Positions 1-11,922 of a DNA stretch of 64,000 nucleotides are shown one piece after another. Below the pieces are notes generated by a model. That model searched no databases, had not been told where the DNA came from, and was given only the letters and a program-made list of their open reading frames with translations. Both the position numbers and the translations under genes were made by a program. This DNA is from the human T2T-CHM13v2.0 reference genome, Homo sapiens, in the NCBI RefSeq assembly GCF_009914755.1, contig NC_060940.1; one strand, 5' to 3'. Positions within the stretch are counted from its first letter, which is position 1. Every line of letters begins with the position of its first letter.

Positions 1-153
1 TTCCTTGGCCTCCTCTTCTGCCTGGGGGTGGCCATGTTCACCTACCAGAGCCTCCAGGGCTGCCCTCGAAAGATGGCAGGAGAGATGGCGGAGGGCCTTC
101 GCTACATCCCCCGGAGCTGTGGTAGTAATTCATATGTCCTGGTGCCCGTGTGA
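1..153 (+). CDS. CX3CL1: Fractalkine (C-X3-C motif chemokine 1): 3' end of last coding exon, transmembrane end and cytoplasmic tail (5'-partial)
   Basis: Frame 1 reads FLGLLFCLGVAMFTYQSLQGCPRKMAGEMAEGLRYIPRSCGSNSYVLVPV-TGA(151-153), the human fractalkine C-terminus including the YQSL and YVLV YxxPhi motifs. Not in the ORF track because it has no start in the window. Confidence 0.97.
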   Translation, partial: FLGLLFCLGVAMFTYQSLQGCPRKMAGEMAEGLRYIPRSCGSNSYVLVPV

Positions 154-450
154 ACTCCTCTGGCCTGTGTCTAGTTGTTTGATTCAGACAGCTGCCTGGG
201 ATCCCTCATCCTCATACCCACCCCCACCCAAGGGCCTGGCCTGAGCTGGGATGATTGGAGGGGGGAGGTGGGATCCTCCAGGTGCACAAGCTCCAAGCTC
301 CCAGGCATTCCCCAGGAGGCCAGCCTTGACCATTCTCCACCTGCCAGGGACAGAGGGGGTGGCCTCCCAACTCACCCCAGCCCCAAAACTCTCCTCTGCT
401 GCTGGCTGGTTAGAGGTTCCCTTTGACGCCATCCCAGCCCCAATGAACAA

Positions 451-459
451 TTATTTATT
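451..459 (+). promoter_or_regulatory. AU-rich element nonamer (UUAUUUAUU) in CX3CL1 3' UTR
   Basis: TTATTTATT in an AT-rich island (AACAATTATTTATTAAAT) inside an otherwise GC-rich UTR. Confidence 0.7.
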
Positions 460-2141
460 AAATGCCCAGCCCCTTCTGACCCATGCTGCCCTGTGAGTAC
501 TACAGTCCTCCCATCTCACACATGAGCATCAGGCCAGGCCCTCTGCCCACTCCCTGCAACCTGATTGTGTCTCTTGGTCCTGCTGCAGTTGCCAGTCACC
601 CCGGCCACCTGCGGTGCTATCTCCCCCAGCCCCATCCTCTGTACAGAGCCCACGCCCCCACTGGTGACATGTCTTTTCTTGCATGAGGCTAGTGTGGTGT
701 TTCCTGGCACTGCTTCCAGTGAGGCTCTGCCCTTGGTTAGGCATTGTGGGAAGGGGAGATAAGGGTATCTGGTGACTTTCCTCTTTGGTCTACACTGTGC
801 TGAGTCTGAAGGCTGGGTTCTGATCCTAGTTCCACCATCAAGCCACCAACATACTCCCATCTGTGAAAGGAAAGAGGGAGGTAAGGAATACCTGTCCCCC
901 TGACAACACTCATTGACCTGAGGCCCTTCTCTCCAGCCCCTGGATGCAGCCTCACAGTCCTTACCAGCAGAGCACCTTAGACAGTCCCTGCCAATGGACT
1001 AACTTGTCTTTGGACCCTGAGGCCCAGAGGGCCTGCAAGGGAGTGAGTTGATAGCACAGACCCTGCCCTGTGGGCCCCCAAATGGAAATGGGCAGAGCAG
1101 AGACCATCCCTGAAGGCCCCGCCCAGGCTTAGTCACTGAGACAGCCCGGGCTCTGCCTCCCATCACCCGCTAAGAGGGAGGGAGGGCTCCAGACACATGT
1201 CCAAGAAGCCCAGGAAAGGCTCCAGGAGCAGCCACATTCCTGATGCTTCTTCAGAGACTCCTGCAGGCAGCCAGGCCACAAGACCCTTGTGGTCCCACCC
1301 CACACACGCCAGATTCTTTCCTGAGGCTGGGCTCCCTTCCCACCTCTCTCACTCCTTGAAAACACTGTTCTCTGCCCTCCAAGACCTTCTCCTTCACCTT
1401 TGTCCCCACCGCAGACAGGACCAGGGATTTCCATGATGTTTTCCATGAGTCCCCTGTTTGTTTCTGAAAGGGACGCTACCCGGGAAGGGGGCTGGGACAT
1501 GGGAAAGGGGAAGTTGTAGGCATAAAGTCAGGGGTTCCCTTTTTTGGCTGCTGAAGGCTCGAGCATGCCTGGATGGGGCTGCACCGGCTGGCCTGGCCCC
1601 TCAGGGTCCCTGGTGGCAGCTCACCTCTCCCTTGGATTGTCCCCGACCCTTGCCGTCTACCTGAGGGGCCTCTTATGGGCTGGGTTCTACCCAGGTGCTA
1701 GGAACACTCCTTCACAGATGGGTGCTTGGAGGAAGGAAACCCAGCTCTGGTCCATAGAGAGCAAGACGCTGTGCTGCCCTGCCCACCTGGCCTCTGCACT
1801 CCCCTGCTGGGTGTGGCGCAGCATATTCAGGAAGCTCAGGGCCTGGCTCAGGTGGGGTCACTCTGGCAGCTCAGAGAGGGTGGGAGTGGGCCCAATGCAC
1901 TTTGTTCTGGCTCTTCCAGGCTGGGAGAGCCTTCCAGGGGTGGGACACCCTGTGATGGGGCCCTGCCTCCTTTGTGAGGAAGCCGCTGGGGCCAGTTGGT
2001 CCCCCTTCCATGGACTTTGTTAGTTTCTCCAAGCAGGACATGGACAAGGATGATCTAGGAAGACTTTGGAAAGAGTAGGAAGACTTTGGAAAGACTTTTC
2101 CAACCCTCATCACCAACGTCTGTGCCATTTTGTATTTTACT

Positions 2142-2147
2142 AATAAA
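2142..2147 (+). terminator. CX3CL1 polyadenylation signal
   Basis: AATAAA preceded by U-rich sequence with TGTA and followed by GT/T-rich sequence. Confidence 0.85.
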
Positions 2148-2781
2148 ATTTAAAAGTCTTGTGAATCAATATGGGTGATTTCTCTGGGGACAAGTGCAGC
2201 AATCAGGGCTTCGGAGGGGAAGGAGTGGGGCAGGGCTGGGGGCAAGACCCCTTTCAGCCCCGGAGACCCCTATCTCCAGTTCACCTGGGGCAGAAAAGCA
2301 GACATTTTTACAGTCAGCAAGAGAAGAAGCACCAGGGATTAGAGTGAGGAGTGCCGAGCCCTCAGCCCAGCTCTGTTCTGCCCGGCTGTGTGATGTTGGG
2401 CCAGGGCCCTCACCTCTCTGGGTCTTATAAATGTGAGGCCTCTCCTAGTCTGGCAGGACTCAGAATCCCTCATGAAGCCCTACCCCATGCCTGCCGAACC
2501 ACCATCCCAGGGGCCCTAGGACCACTCTCAGTGAACTGGTGCCCCATGGGAGGAAACTGGCCCATAGTTTCCTCTTTGTGGCCTTCCTGGTTCAGATGAA
2601 GATCAAAGAGGGATTACTTCTTAAGGGACTTGGGAGTTCATAGATGTGCCCCAAGTGTGAGCCTCGTGGTGGCCCCTAAGCTCTTCAGTGTTCTGGGAAG
2701 CTTCATAAGAGCTGTTGTGTACAGTTGTGCAGGTTGGAAACTGCGCAAGGCTGCCACAGACCAAGTCCAGCCTACTGGTAT

Positions 2782-2960
2782 CCAATATTTCATGAATGTT
2801 AGGATGCATCCTTTTCACACTGTGACATGTGTGGAATTGAGACTCGTTTTGTAATCAATGGCTTGTCACAGCTTAATTGGCAGGCTTTTTTTCTTTATTA
2901 GTAATTTGTTAAATATCAGAACATCTTACCATCAATCGTATCTTAGATTCAATGTCTACA
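2782..2960 (+). mobile_element. MER104-like TcMar DNA transposon relic
   Basis: Degenerate terminal repeats (ATATTTCATGAATGTTAGGATGCA ... ATCTTAGATTCAATG) and internal TTAATTGGCAG resemble the remembered MER104 consensus. Confidence 0.55.
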
Positions 2961-3177
2961 TGAATGGTGTTTTTTAGTAGGCAGGTCCAGGCAGCAGCTG
3001 CCATTTGAGATAGAGCAGGCTTGGGTCAGCAATCCCGTTTCCTACCATCCCCTCCACCTCCTGGATCTCCTGGACCTTGTGGCCACATCAGTTACCATTT
3101 ATCATTGCTTTTCTTTTGTTTTTCTTATAGTGAGGATATTTTTCTCTGAGCCAAGTCTCCATCAAAAGTAGGTCAAA

Positions 3178-3475
3178 GGCTGGCGCGGTGCCTCACACCT
3201 ATAATCCCAGCACTTTGAGAGGCCGAGGTGGGTAGAGCACTTGAAGTCAGGAGTTCGAGACCAGCCTGGCCAACATGGTGAAACCCTGTCTCTACTAAAA
3301 CTACAAAAATTAACCAGGTGTCATGGCACACCCCAGTAATCCCACCTACTTGGGAGGCTGAGGCAGGAGAATGGCTTGAACTTGTGAGGCAGAGGCTGCA
3401 GTGAGCTGAGATCGCGCCACTGCACTCACTCCAGCCCAGGTGACAGCGAGACTCCGTCTAAAAAAAAAAAAAAAA
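3178..3475 (+). mobile_element. AluS
   Basis: Full dimer with poly(A) tail; TSD AAAAGTAGGTCAA at 3164-3176 and 3472-3484. Confidence 0.92.
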
Positions 3476-4013
3476 GTAGGTCAAGGAAAGCCAGACCATG
3501 ATGGGCACATGGCTTCTCTCATACCCTGCTGGCTTCCCTTGTTTCACTACCTGCTAAACCTCATAGATTCGGGCTTGTAGGAATCACTCTGCCTCTGTGC
3601 AATGCTGTAAATTGCGGCTCTCCCCCTGCCGTGAGCTCCCCCTGCTCTGCCCCAAACTCAAGCTTGTGTAGCTTTCGCCCCTTCCCACCCCCAGGAAGGA
3701 GCTCCACCGCAGGCCTGGTTCCAGCCCCCAAACTCTCCCTGCACACCACCCACCAGCAACACAAGACACCAACAGAGGCTTTGAAATGAAAAGATGTGTC
3801 TCTGTCTTTTCATCACATTCTTAGGTAAGATTGCAACCTTCTCAGCAGGCTCAGGATGAGAAGTAGGAGTGGGAGAGACTTGTATGCTGGCTCAGTCCAG
3901 AGCAATTCCCCAGGGATCCTGGAGTGTTTGTGTAGTTTCATTTTCTTTCAGTTTCAGAGCTAAATGTTAGCTGAAGCCATTCCCACAATTAATGCACAGT
4001 TTGAATGGGACCA

Positions 4014-4316
4014 TTTTTTTGTTTTTTTGAGACAGAGTCTCACTCTGCCACCCAAGCTGGAGTGCAGTGGGTGATCTTGGCTCACGGCAGCCTCCACCTC
4101 CCAGGTTCAAGGGATTCTCCTGCCTCAGCTTCCTGAGTAGCTGGGACTACAGGCGCGTGCCACCATGCCCAGCTAATTTTTTTTTTTTTGTATTTTTAGT
4201 AGAGATGGGGTTTCACCACGTTAACCAGGATGGTCTTGATCTCCTGACCTTGTGATCCACCCCCCCTCGGCCTCCCAAAGTTCTGGGATTACAGGCATGA
4301 GCCACCACACCTGGCC
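4014..4316 (-). mobile_element. AluSc/Y-type
   Basis: Full dimer; left arm reads GATCACAAGGTCAGGAGATCAAGACCATCCTGG on the minus strand. Confidence 0.9.
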
Positions 4317-4671
4317 CTTGACCTACTTTTGATGGAGACTTGGGCTCAGAGAAAAATATCCTCACTATAAGAAAAACAAGAAGAGCAATGATAAATGGTA
4401 ACTGATGTGGGCACAAGGTATGGGGGATCCAGGAGGTAGAGGGGATGGTAGGAAACAAGAGAGCTGACCCAAGCCTGCTCTATCTCAAATGGCAGCTGCT
4501 GCCTGGACCTGCCCACTGTCACCCTGGGGGAGTACGGGTGTTATTATATAACATTAGTTATAAAATAATAGCAGACATTGTTCATGTAATGTTTACCATG
4601 TGCCAGGCAATGTGTGAAATTCTTTATGTACAATGATCCTCATCTTACTAGTGATGAAAGCAAGGCTCTCA

Positions 4672-4970
4672 GGTTGGGCGTGGTGGCTGAAGCCTGTGGT
4701 CCCAGCACTTTGGGAGGCAGAGGCCGGCAGATCACTTGAGCCCAGAAATTAGAGACCAGCCTGGGCAACATGGTGAAACCACATCTCTATAAAAATACAA
4801 AATTAGCTGGGTGCAGTGGCATGTGCCTGTAGTCCCTGTTACTTGGGAGGCTGAGGTGGGAGAATCACCTGAGCCCAGGGAGGTCAAGGCTGCAGTGAGC
4901 CATGATCATGCCTGTGCATTCCAGCCTGGACAAAAGAGCAAGACCCTGCCTCAAAAAAACAAAAAAAAAG
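4672..4970 (+). mobile_element. AluJ
   Basis: Dimer with J-type GAGGTCAAGGCTGCAGTGAGCCATGATC. Confidence 0.88.
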
Positions 4971-5267
4971 AAACAGGGGAGACAGAGAGAGAGAGAGAGA
5001 GAAAGGGAGAGAGAGAGGAGGCAAGGAAGGAAGGAAGGGAGGGAGGGAAGGGAGGGAGAGGAAGGAAGGAGAGAGAAAGAGAAGAAAGAAAGAAAGAGAT
5101 GAAAGAAAAAGAGGAAAGAAAGAAAGAAAAGAAAAAGAAAAGAAAGAAAGAAAAAGAGAGAAAGGAAAGAAAGAAGGAAAGGAAGAGAAAGAGAAAGAAA
5201 GGAAGAGAGAAAGAAAGAGAAAGAAAAGAGAAAGAGAGAAAGAAAGAAAGAAAAAGAAAAGAGAAAG
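4971..5267 (+). repeat. GA-rich polypurine tract (GA/GGAA/GAAA)
   Basis: ~300 nt almost entirely purine on the + strand, continuing from an Alu tail. Confidence 0.9.
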
Positions 5268-5774
5268 GCTCTCAAATGACATGTGACTTGCTCAGGGTGA
5301 AGCAGCTTATAAGCAGCAGAGCAGGGATAGAACTCAAGGTCTTTCTCCAGAACTCAGCCTGAGCATTACAGAGAAAAGTGTGAGACACAGACTCTCAAAA
5401 GTGTAGGCTCCTGAGCCCCACTTCTGACCTGCTGAGTTCAGGCTTCAGGCGTGGGGGTCGCCCCTTCAAGCTGCACCATTCTCCCACCCCCGCCTCAGCC
5501 TCCTTCTCTCTCCTCTTCCTCAGTCCACCCTGCACTGCCTCCAAATTAGGGGATTTGATGCCTGTCCAAAGTTTTGGAGCCCACTGCACCGGACCACCGG
5601 CTCCCACCCCCCAAGGTTCTCAGGCCCTGAGCTTCTCACCCTCTGATCTTTGCCATTGAGTCCCCTGTGTCCTCTGTACATTCCCCAAAAGGGTGAGGCC
5701 AGACAGAAAAACACAGAAATGAATGGCTGGGAATTTCCTGCTTGAGGTTGAATAACAGGTGCCCGGAAGGCATG

Positions 5775-6615
5775 GTGTATTTGTGTGTATTGCGTGTATG
5801 TGTGTTGTGTGTGTGAGCATTATGTGTATCTGTGTAGTATGTGTGTATATGTGTAATATGTGTGTATATGTGTATATGTGTATTGTGTGCATGAGTGTAA
5901 TATGTGTGTATATGTGTATATGTGTATCGTGTGTATGTGTGTAGTATGTGTGTATATGTGTATAGTGTATTGTGTAGTATGTGTGTGTATATGTGTGTGT
6001 GCATTGTGTGTATGTGTGTAGTATGTGTGTATATGTGTGTGTAGTGTATGTGTGTGGTATGTTTGTATATGTGTGTATGTGTATTGTGTGAATGTGTGTA
6101 GTGTGTCTGTGCATTGTGTGTATGTGTGTAGCATGTATATATGTGTGTATGTGTATTGTCTGTATGTGTGTAGTGTATGTATGCATGTGTTTATGCATAT
6201 ACGTATATGTGTATGTGTGTGCTGTGCATATGTGTGCATTGTACATATGTGTCGTGTATATATGTGTGTAGTGTATGTATGTATGTTTATATGTATGTGT
6301 GTATGTGTGTACTATGCATGTGTGTGTAGTGTGTGTATGCATGTGTATGTGTGTATTGTGCATGTGTGTGCATTTTGTGTATGTGTCGTGTATATGTGTG
6401 TATTCATGTAGTGTATGTATGCATGTGTTGTGTGTATGTGTGTATGCATGCATATGTGTATACTGTGCATGTGTGTGCATTGTGTGTATGTGTAGTGCAT
6501 GTTTGTATGAGTGTGTGTAGTTTGCATATGCGAGTGTTTATGTGTATGTGTGTATATGTGTGTTCTGTGTGTATATGTGTCTGTGCTCTGCACATGTGTG
6601 TCTGTGTGTGTGCGC
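5775..6615. repeat. Degenerate (TG/TA)n simple-repeat array
   Basis: ~840 nt of TGTGTA/TATG-type units; source of the His/Thr- and Cys/Val-rich spurious ORFs. Confidence 0.93.
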
Positions 6616-6999
6616 ACATGCCCAGTTCCTCCCAGATGTACATAAGCGCTCAGGAGACCACCCGTGCCCTGTTCACTTCTGCTCAGACATGTGCTTTCCT
6701 GGATAAATAATGATTTAGCTGCAAAGACTTAAGAAAAGATCTACTGCCAGGCTGGCTTTCCTGAACTGGCAGCAAAGTTCAATGACTGAAACCCAAGCAG
6801 GATCTCTTTAATCATGCCAAACTGAGGTGGGGAGTGTGCCTCTGAACCCAGGAGAATTCCAGAGCAGCACATGTTTTGAAGAGATGCCCCTCTCTTACCT
6901 TCAGGGGATCCTGTTATCTTCAGAGGCCAGAATAGGATTATTTGCAATGAGCAATTTCTAGCAATGCAGGAGCAAAACATAACATGGGACTCCCTGGCT

Positions 7000-7152
7000 G
7001 CATGACTTTGGGCAGGTTACTTAACCTCTCTGGGTCTTGGTTTTCTCTGTTGTAAAATGGGAATAACAACAACTCATCTCAGGGGTGAAGGTATCATGAG
7101 ATAACCCTTAAACATGTAGAAAAATGACATTCCCATAGTGAGCTCTCAATAA
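7000..7152 (+). mobile_element. MIR fragment
   Basis: TGACTTTGGGCAGGTTACTTAACCTCTCTGGGTCTTGGTTTTCTCTGTTGTAAAATGGGAATAA is a MIR core. Confidence 0.7.
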
Positions 7153-7345
7153 ACAGACGTATGATCATGCAATAGATGTTTTCAAAGGGTTTGAAGTAAC
7201 CTATTTATATTTGCTTTTGTTATTGGGTACCCAAACAAGACTATAGAATTATAAGATATCTATAAAGAAACGCAGTCTTCTTGGTTTTCAGTAAAGTAGG
7301 GTGAAGAAACATTATAGTGTCATTAACGAGAGCAGAATAATTTGT

Positions 7346-7645
7346 GACTGAGTGCAGTGGCTCACACCTGCAATCTTAGCACTTTGGGAGGCCAAGGCAG
7401 GAGGATTGCTTGAGGTCGGGAGTTTGAGATCAGCTTGGGCAGCATAGTGATACCCTATATATACAAAAAATAAAAAATTAGCCGGGCATGGTGGCACACA
7501 TCTGTATTCCCAACTATACAGGATGTTGAGGCAGGAGGATTGCTTGAGCCAGGAGTTTGAGGTTACAGTGAGCTATGACTGCACCACTGCACTTCAGCCT
7601 AGGTGGCACAGTGAGACCCTGTTTCGAAAAATAAATAAATAAATT
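7346..7645 (+). mobile_element. AluJ
   Basis: Diverged Alu dimer with AAAT tail. Confidence 0.85.
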
Positions 7646-7746
7646 GATTAATTAAAAAATAATCATCTTAACTTGCATAATTTTTCCCTAAGCCCATAGA
7701 TGCTGTTCAAGTTGATGTAGCTTTTCTAAATTACTTTTGAACTTGG

Positions 7747-8152
7747 TGCTATTGCTTGAATATGACTCCCAAAAGTTTGTGTGTTGGAAACTTGGTCTCC
7801 AATGGCGGCAGTGTTGAGAGGTGGGATCTTTTGATTGGGTCAGGAGAACTCTGCCCTCATGAATGAATTAATCCATTCATGGATTAATGGGCTATCGCAG
7901 GGGGGTTAGTTTTCACAAGAGTGTGTCTGTTATAAAAACCAGTTTCGCTCTCTCTTGTGAGGCTCCTCACCATGTGATACCCTGCCCCACCTTGGGACTC
8001 TGCAGAGGCCCCATCAGCAAGATGGTTCTCACCAGATGCAGCCCTTCAACCTTGTGCTCTCTAGCCTGCAGAACTGTAAGAAACAAATTTCCTTTCTCCA
8101 TAAATTGCCCAGTCTGTGGTATTCAGTTAAGCAACAGAAAATAGGCTGAGAT
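7747..8152 (+). mobile_element. MST-family MaLR LTR
   Basis: Starts TGCTATTGCTTGAATATG, contains GTGTTGGAAACTT, and ends with the MaLR-type CCAGTCTGTGGTATTC...GCAACAGAAAATAGGCTGAGATA. Confidence 0.7.
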
Positions 8153-8279
8153 ACTTGGTAAGGTCAAAATGCACAAATCTCAACTAATTAATTGTTGACT
8201 AGCAGGCTGACTTGGGACAGAAAGGAAAGTCTGTTTGCTTTCAAGAACTTGGCAACTGGAGTACTCAGTTTCCTGAATA

Positions 8280-8655
8280 TTTCTGGCTTGCTGCCTCCTG
8301 AGCACTCGAGGGGACTGCTCTTCCTGAGCCTTTTGGGGTTTTGGTGGGAGTCAAATGATCAGTTCTGGCCAGTGAGCTGGGAGTGGAAGCAGCGTGTGCC
8401 ACACAAGCTTCAAGCATTTAATTGCTGATGGAAGACCCACCAGAGCTTTCAGTACCTCCAGCACAGCATCTGACAACACTCCAGAAAATGGCTGGGTCCT
8501 ACAGTGAGGGTGAATCAGAGCCTCCAGCCATGGAAAGAGCCCCAGCTAATCTATGTCACGAAGTGTGAGGAAGAAATAAACCTTCGTGGTTTAAGCCACA
8601 GAGAGTTTGAGGATATTTGTTATTGCAGCATATCCTAGCCCATCCTGATGGATAC
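8280..8655 (+). mobile_element. Old MLT1-type MaLR LTR
   Basis: 3' end AAATAAACCTTCGTGGTTTAAGCCAC...TTTGTTATTGCAGCATATCCTAGCC is typical of MLT1. Confidence 0.55.
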
Positions 8656-8745
8656 AGCATCCAGGAAGAAAAAATATGACTGCTTGGACTAAATAGGCAT
8701 GACTTGTCTGTAATCTGCATGATGCTATTAAAAAGCTTGAAAACA

Positions 8746-9286
8746 CCAGGCACAGTAGCTCACACCTGTAATCCCAGCACTTTGAGAGGCTGAGACGGGT
8801 GGATCGCTTGATCCCAGGAATTCAAAACCAGCCTGGGCAATTTGGGGAGACCCCATCTGTACTACAAACACAAAAGTTAGCCTGGTGTGGCAGTGTGCAT
8901 CTATAGTCCCGTTCCAGCTACAGGGACTCAAAAAAAAAAAAAAAAAAAAAAAGGAAAGGAAAAAAAAAACTTGAAAACAAGCTGGGCGTGGGTGGCTCAC
9001 ACCCAGCGCTTTGGGAGGCTGAGGCGGGAGGATCGCTTGAGTCCAGGAGTTGGACAGCAGCCTGGGCAACATAGGGAGAGCCTATCTCTACAAGAAAAAC
9101 AAAACAAAACAAAAACAAACAAACAAACAAAAAACAAGCATGGTGGCACACACCTGTAGCTCCAGCTACTGAGGTAAGAGGATTGCTTGAGCTTGGGAGG
9201 TTGAGGCTACAATGAGCCATGATTGTGCTGCTGCACTCCAGCCTGGGCAACAGAGCAATTCCTTGTCTCAAAAAAAAAAAAAAAAA
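8746..9286 (+). mobile_element. Two tandem AluJ elements (8746-8952, internally deleted; 8980-9286)
   Basis: Alu sequence and tails; flanked and separated by AAAAA(G)CTTGAAAACA. Confidence 0.85.
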
Positions 9287-9494
9287 GCTTGAAAACATGC
9301 TGTTAGCTGGCTCTCCTCTTCATCTCTTCATTCATCCTTTTTGCAGATGCTTGGAGGTCACCCTCAGCACGGCCCACTGTCTATGGTGTCTGTGGATTTA
9401 TCTGGAATTCTCACTGAGTGGAGTTGGAAAGAGGAAAGGCTTTACAGTTTCTCTGAAATACGTTGGTGCTCGAGAGTTTTAATGGCTCGGATGT

Positions 9495-9938
9495 TGTGAT
9501 GGTTAATGTTGAATGTCAACTTGATTGGATGCAAAGTATTGTTCCTAGGTATGTCTGTGAGGGTGTTGCCAAAGGAGAGCAACAGTTGACTCAGTGGACT
9601 GGGAGAGGCAGACCCACCCTCAATCTGGGTGGGCACAATCTAATCAGCTGCCAGCACGGCTAGAATAAAAGCAGGCAGAAGAACATGGAAAGACTAGACT
9701 GGCTTTGCCTCCCAGCCTACATCTTTCTCCCATGCTGGATGCTTCTTGCCCTCCAACATCGGACTCCAAGTTCTTCAGCTTTGGGACTCAGGCTGGCTTC
9801 CTTGCTCCTTGGCTTGCAGATGGCCTGTTGTGGAATGTCACCTTGTGATCATGTGAGTCAATACTCCTTAATAAATTTCCCTTTATATATACATCTATCT
9901 TTTTAGTTCTGTCCCTCTAGAGAACCTTGACTAATACA
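9495..9938 (+). mobile_element. MLT2A (HERV-L) solo LTR
   Basis: TGTGATGGTTAAT...TGTCAACTTGATTGG start, CTAGAGAACCTTGACTAATACA end; 5-bp TSD GATGT/GATAT. Confidence 0.85.
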
Positions 9939-10147
9939 GATATGCTTCAGCAGACAAGGAAGTAAATAGGGAAAAGAATAGTAACATTATCCAGCCTCAC
10001 CTCATTGCCAGTTGATCTGGGTCGGCCAGTTTTGCAAGCACCTCCTAAGCCCAGAAGCCAAACCAGGGTAACCTGGGCCTGTGGGCACAGGAATCAGGTG
10101 TGTAGGCACAGCTCTAGGGACCAGCAAGGGCAGTTTCTGTGTCTTAG

Positions 10148-10926
<779 letters not shown>

Positions 10927-11429
10927 TGAGAGAACTTACCCCTTAACTAGTCCCCTGGCCAACTTCTATTCATCCTTTGTCTCAGCTTAGATGTCACCTC
11001 TTCCAGGAGGCCTTCCCTGACTTCTAAGTTTAAGGAAGGTTTCCTGTTAAGCGGACTCATGGCCCCTGGGGTCTTCCCTCATAACCCTCACGTGACCTGG
11101 CTGTACCTGCCTGCCCCACTGTGTTTCTGAAAGATCTGTGAGGGAAGGCATGGATGTGCCCTGTTTCCCTTTGTGTCCCAGTGACCACTGCAGATCCTGG
11201 AAAGGGTGAAGAGGGGAAAGGCCAGAGCCCACCCATCTGTGTCTTTTGACACTCCTTGTGCCGTGCCCCTTTCCAACTGATGGAAAAGCCCACCTTGTCC
11301 TTGTGGGGCGCTGAATTTCAAGGAATTTCCTGGTGGAAAGTATTTAACTCCCTCAAACGACTGTCAGAGACTGAAAGTGATCATCTGTGATGTGTTCGAG
11401 TCACTCCTGAGCTCCTCGAATCCTCCAAT

Positions 11430-11800
11430 TGTTACAAAGTAATGGACTTGCTGCCCGATGTGAGTAGAAGCCAATATTATAGCACCACTTTTGCGAAAAG
11501 AAAAAGCTTTATTCCAAGTCACCTGGCAAGGAGACAGGAGACAACACTCAAATCTGCCTCCCTGATCCCTGGGTGGGTCAAGTTGTTATGGCACTGTTAA
11601 CTAGTCCCAGGGATGCCAATGTGGCCGGTTGCCACGTTGGTGGTGCTAACTCTCAGGAGGTGGAAGTTTTCTCTGATTGCACCGGGCCAGGCTACATGAC
11701 ATGCAGTTTTGGCTCCGTGCCATCTGTAACAACTCAAGCAATGGTAAACTAGTTTGAGCTGGTCCTGTGGTTATGCAATCACCAGCACATCCCGGTCAAG
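11430..11800 (-). mobile_element. ERV1-class LTR fragment (subfamily not determined)
   Basis: TGTTAC terminus, TTTATT and GGCAAGGAGACAGGAG...CTCAAATCTGCCTCCCTG resemble MER4-group LTRs. Confidence 0.45.
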
Positions 11801-11922
11801 ACATTGTCCCCAGGCAGGCCAGAATCCCCAGGAAGCCTGGACTGGGTCACACCCTGCTTGTCGCCCAATCTCTCCAGAGGAGTGAGGAGGCAAGGGAGAA
11901 TCTAGAAGCTCTGGAGTCTCAG

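Larger units (their letters stand above)
154..2165 (+). other. CX3CL1: CX3CL1 3' UTR (~2 kb)
   Basis: Follows the stop codon and ends shortly after AATAAA at 2142-2147; exact cleavage site estimated. Confidence 0.85.
2976..4517. repeat. Long inverted repeat: unique arms 2976-3176 and 4318-4517, extended inward by inverted Alus
   Basis: Hand alignment of the unique arms gives ~12 substitutions and 2 small indels over ~200 bp, with a 51-nt perfect run. Confidence 0.93.

Noticed and set aside
4811-5362. 183-aa K/E/R-rich ORF and its F/L/S-rich antisense ORFs
   Set aside because: Translation of an Alu plus a GA-rich tract, which rarely contains stops.
5620-6710. Long His/Thr/Tyr- and Cys/Val-rich ORFs (up to 286 aa)
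   Set aside because: Products of the (TG/TA)n array; no splice or domain evidence.
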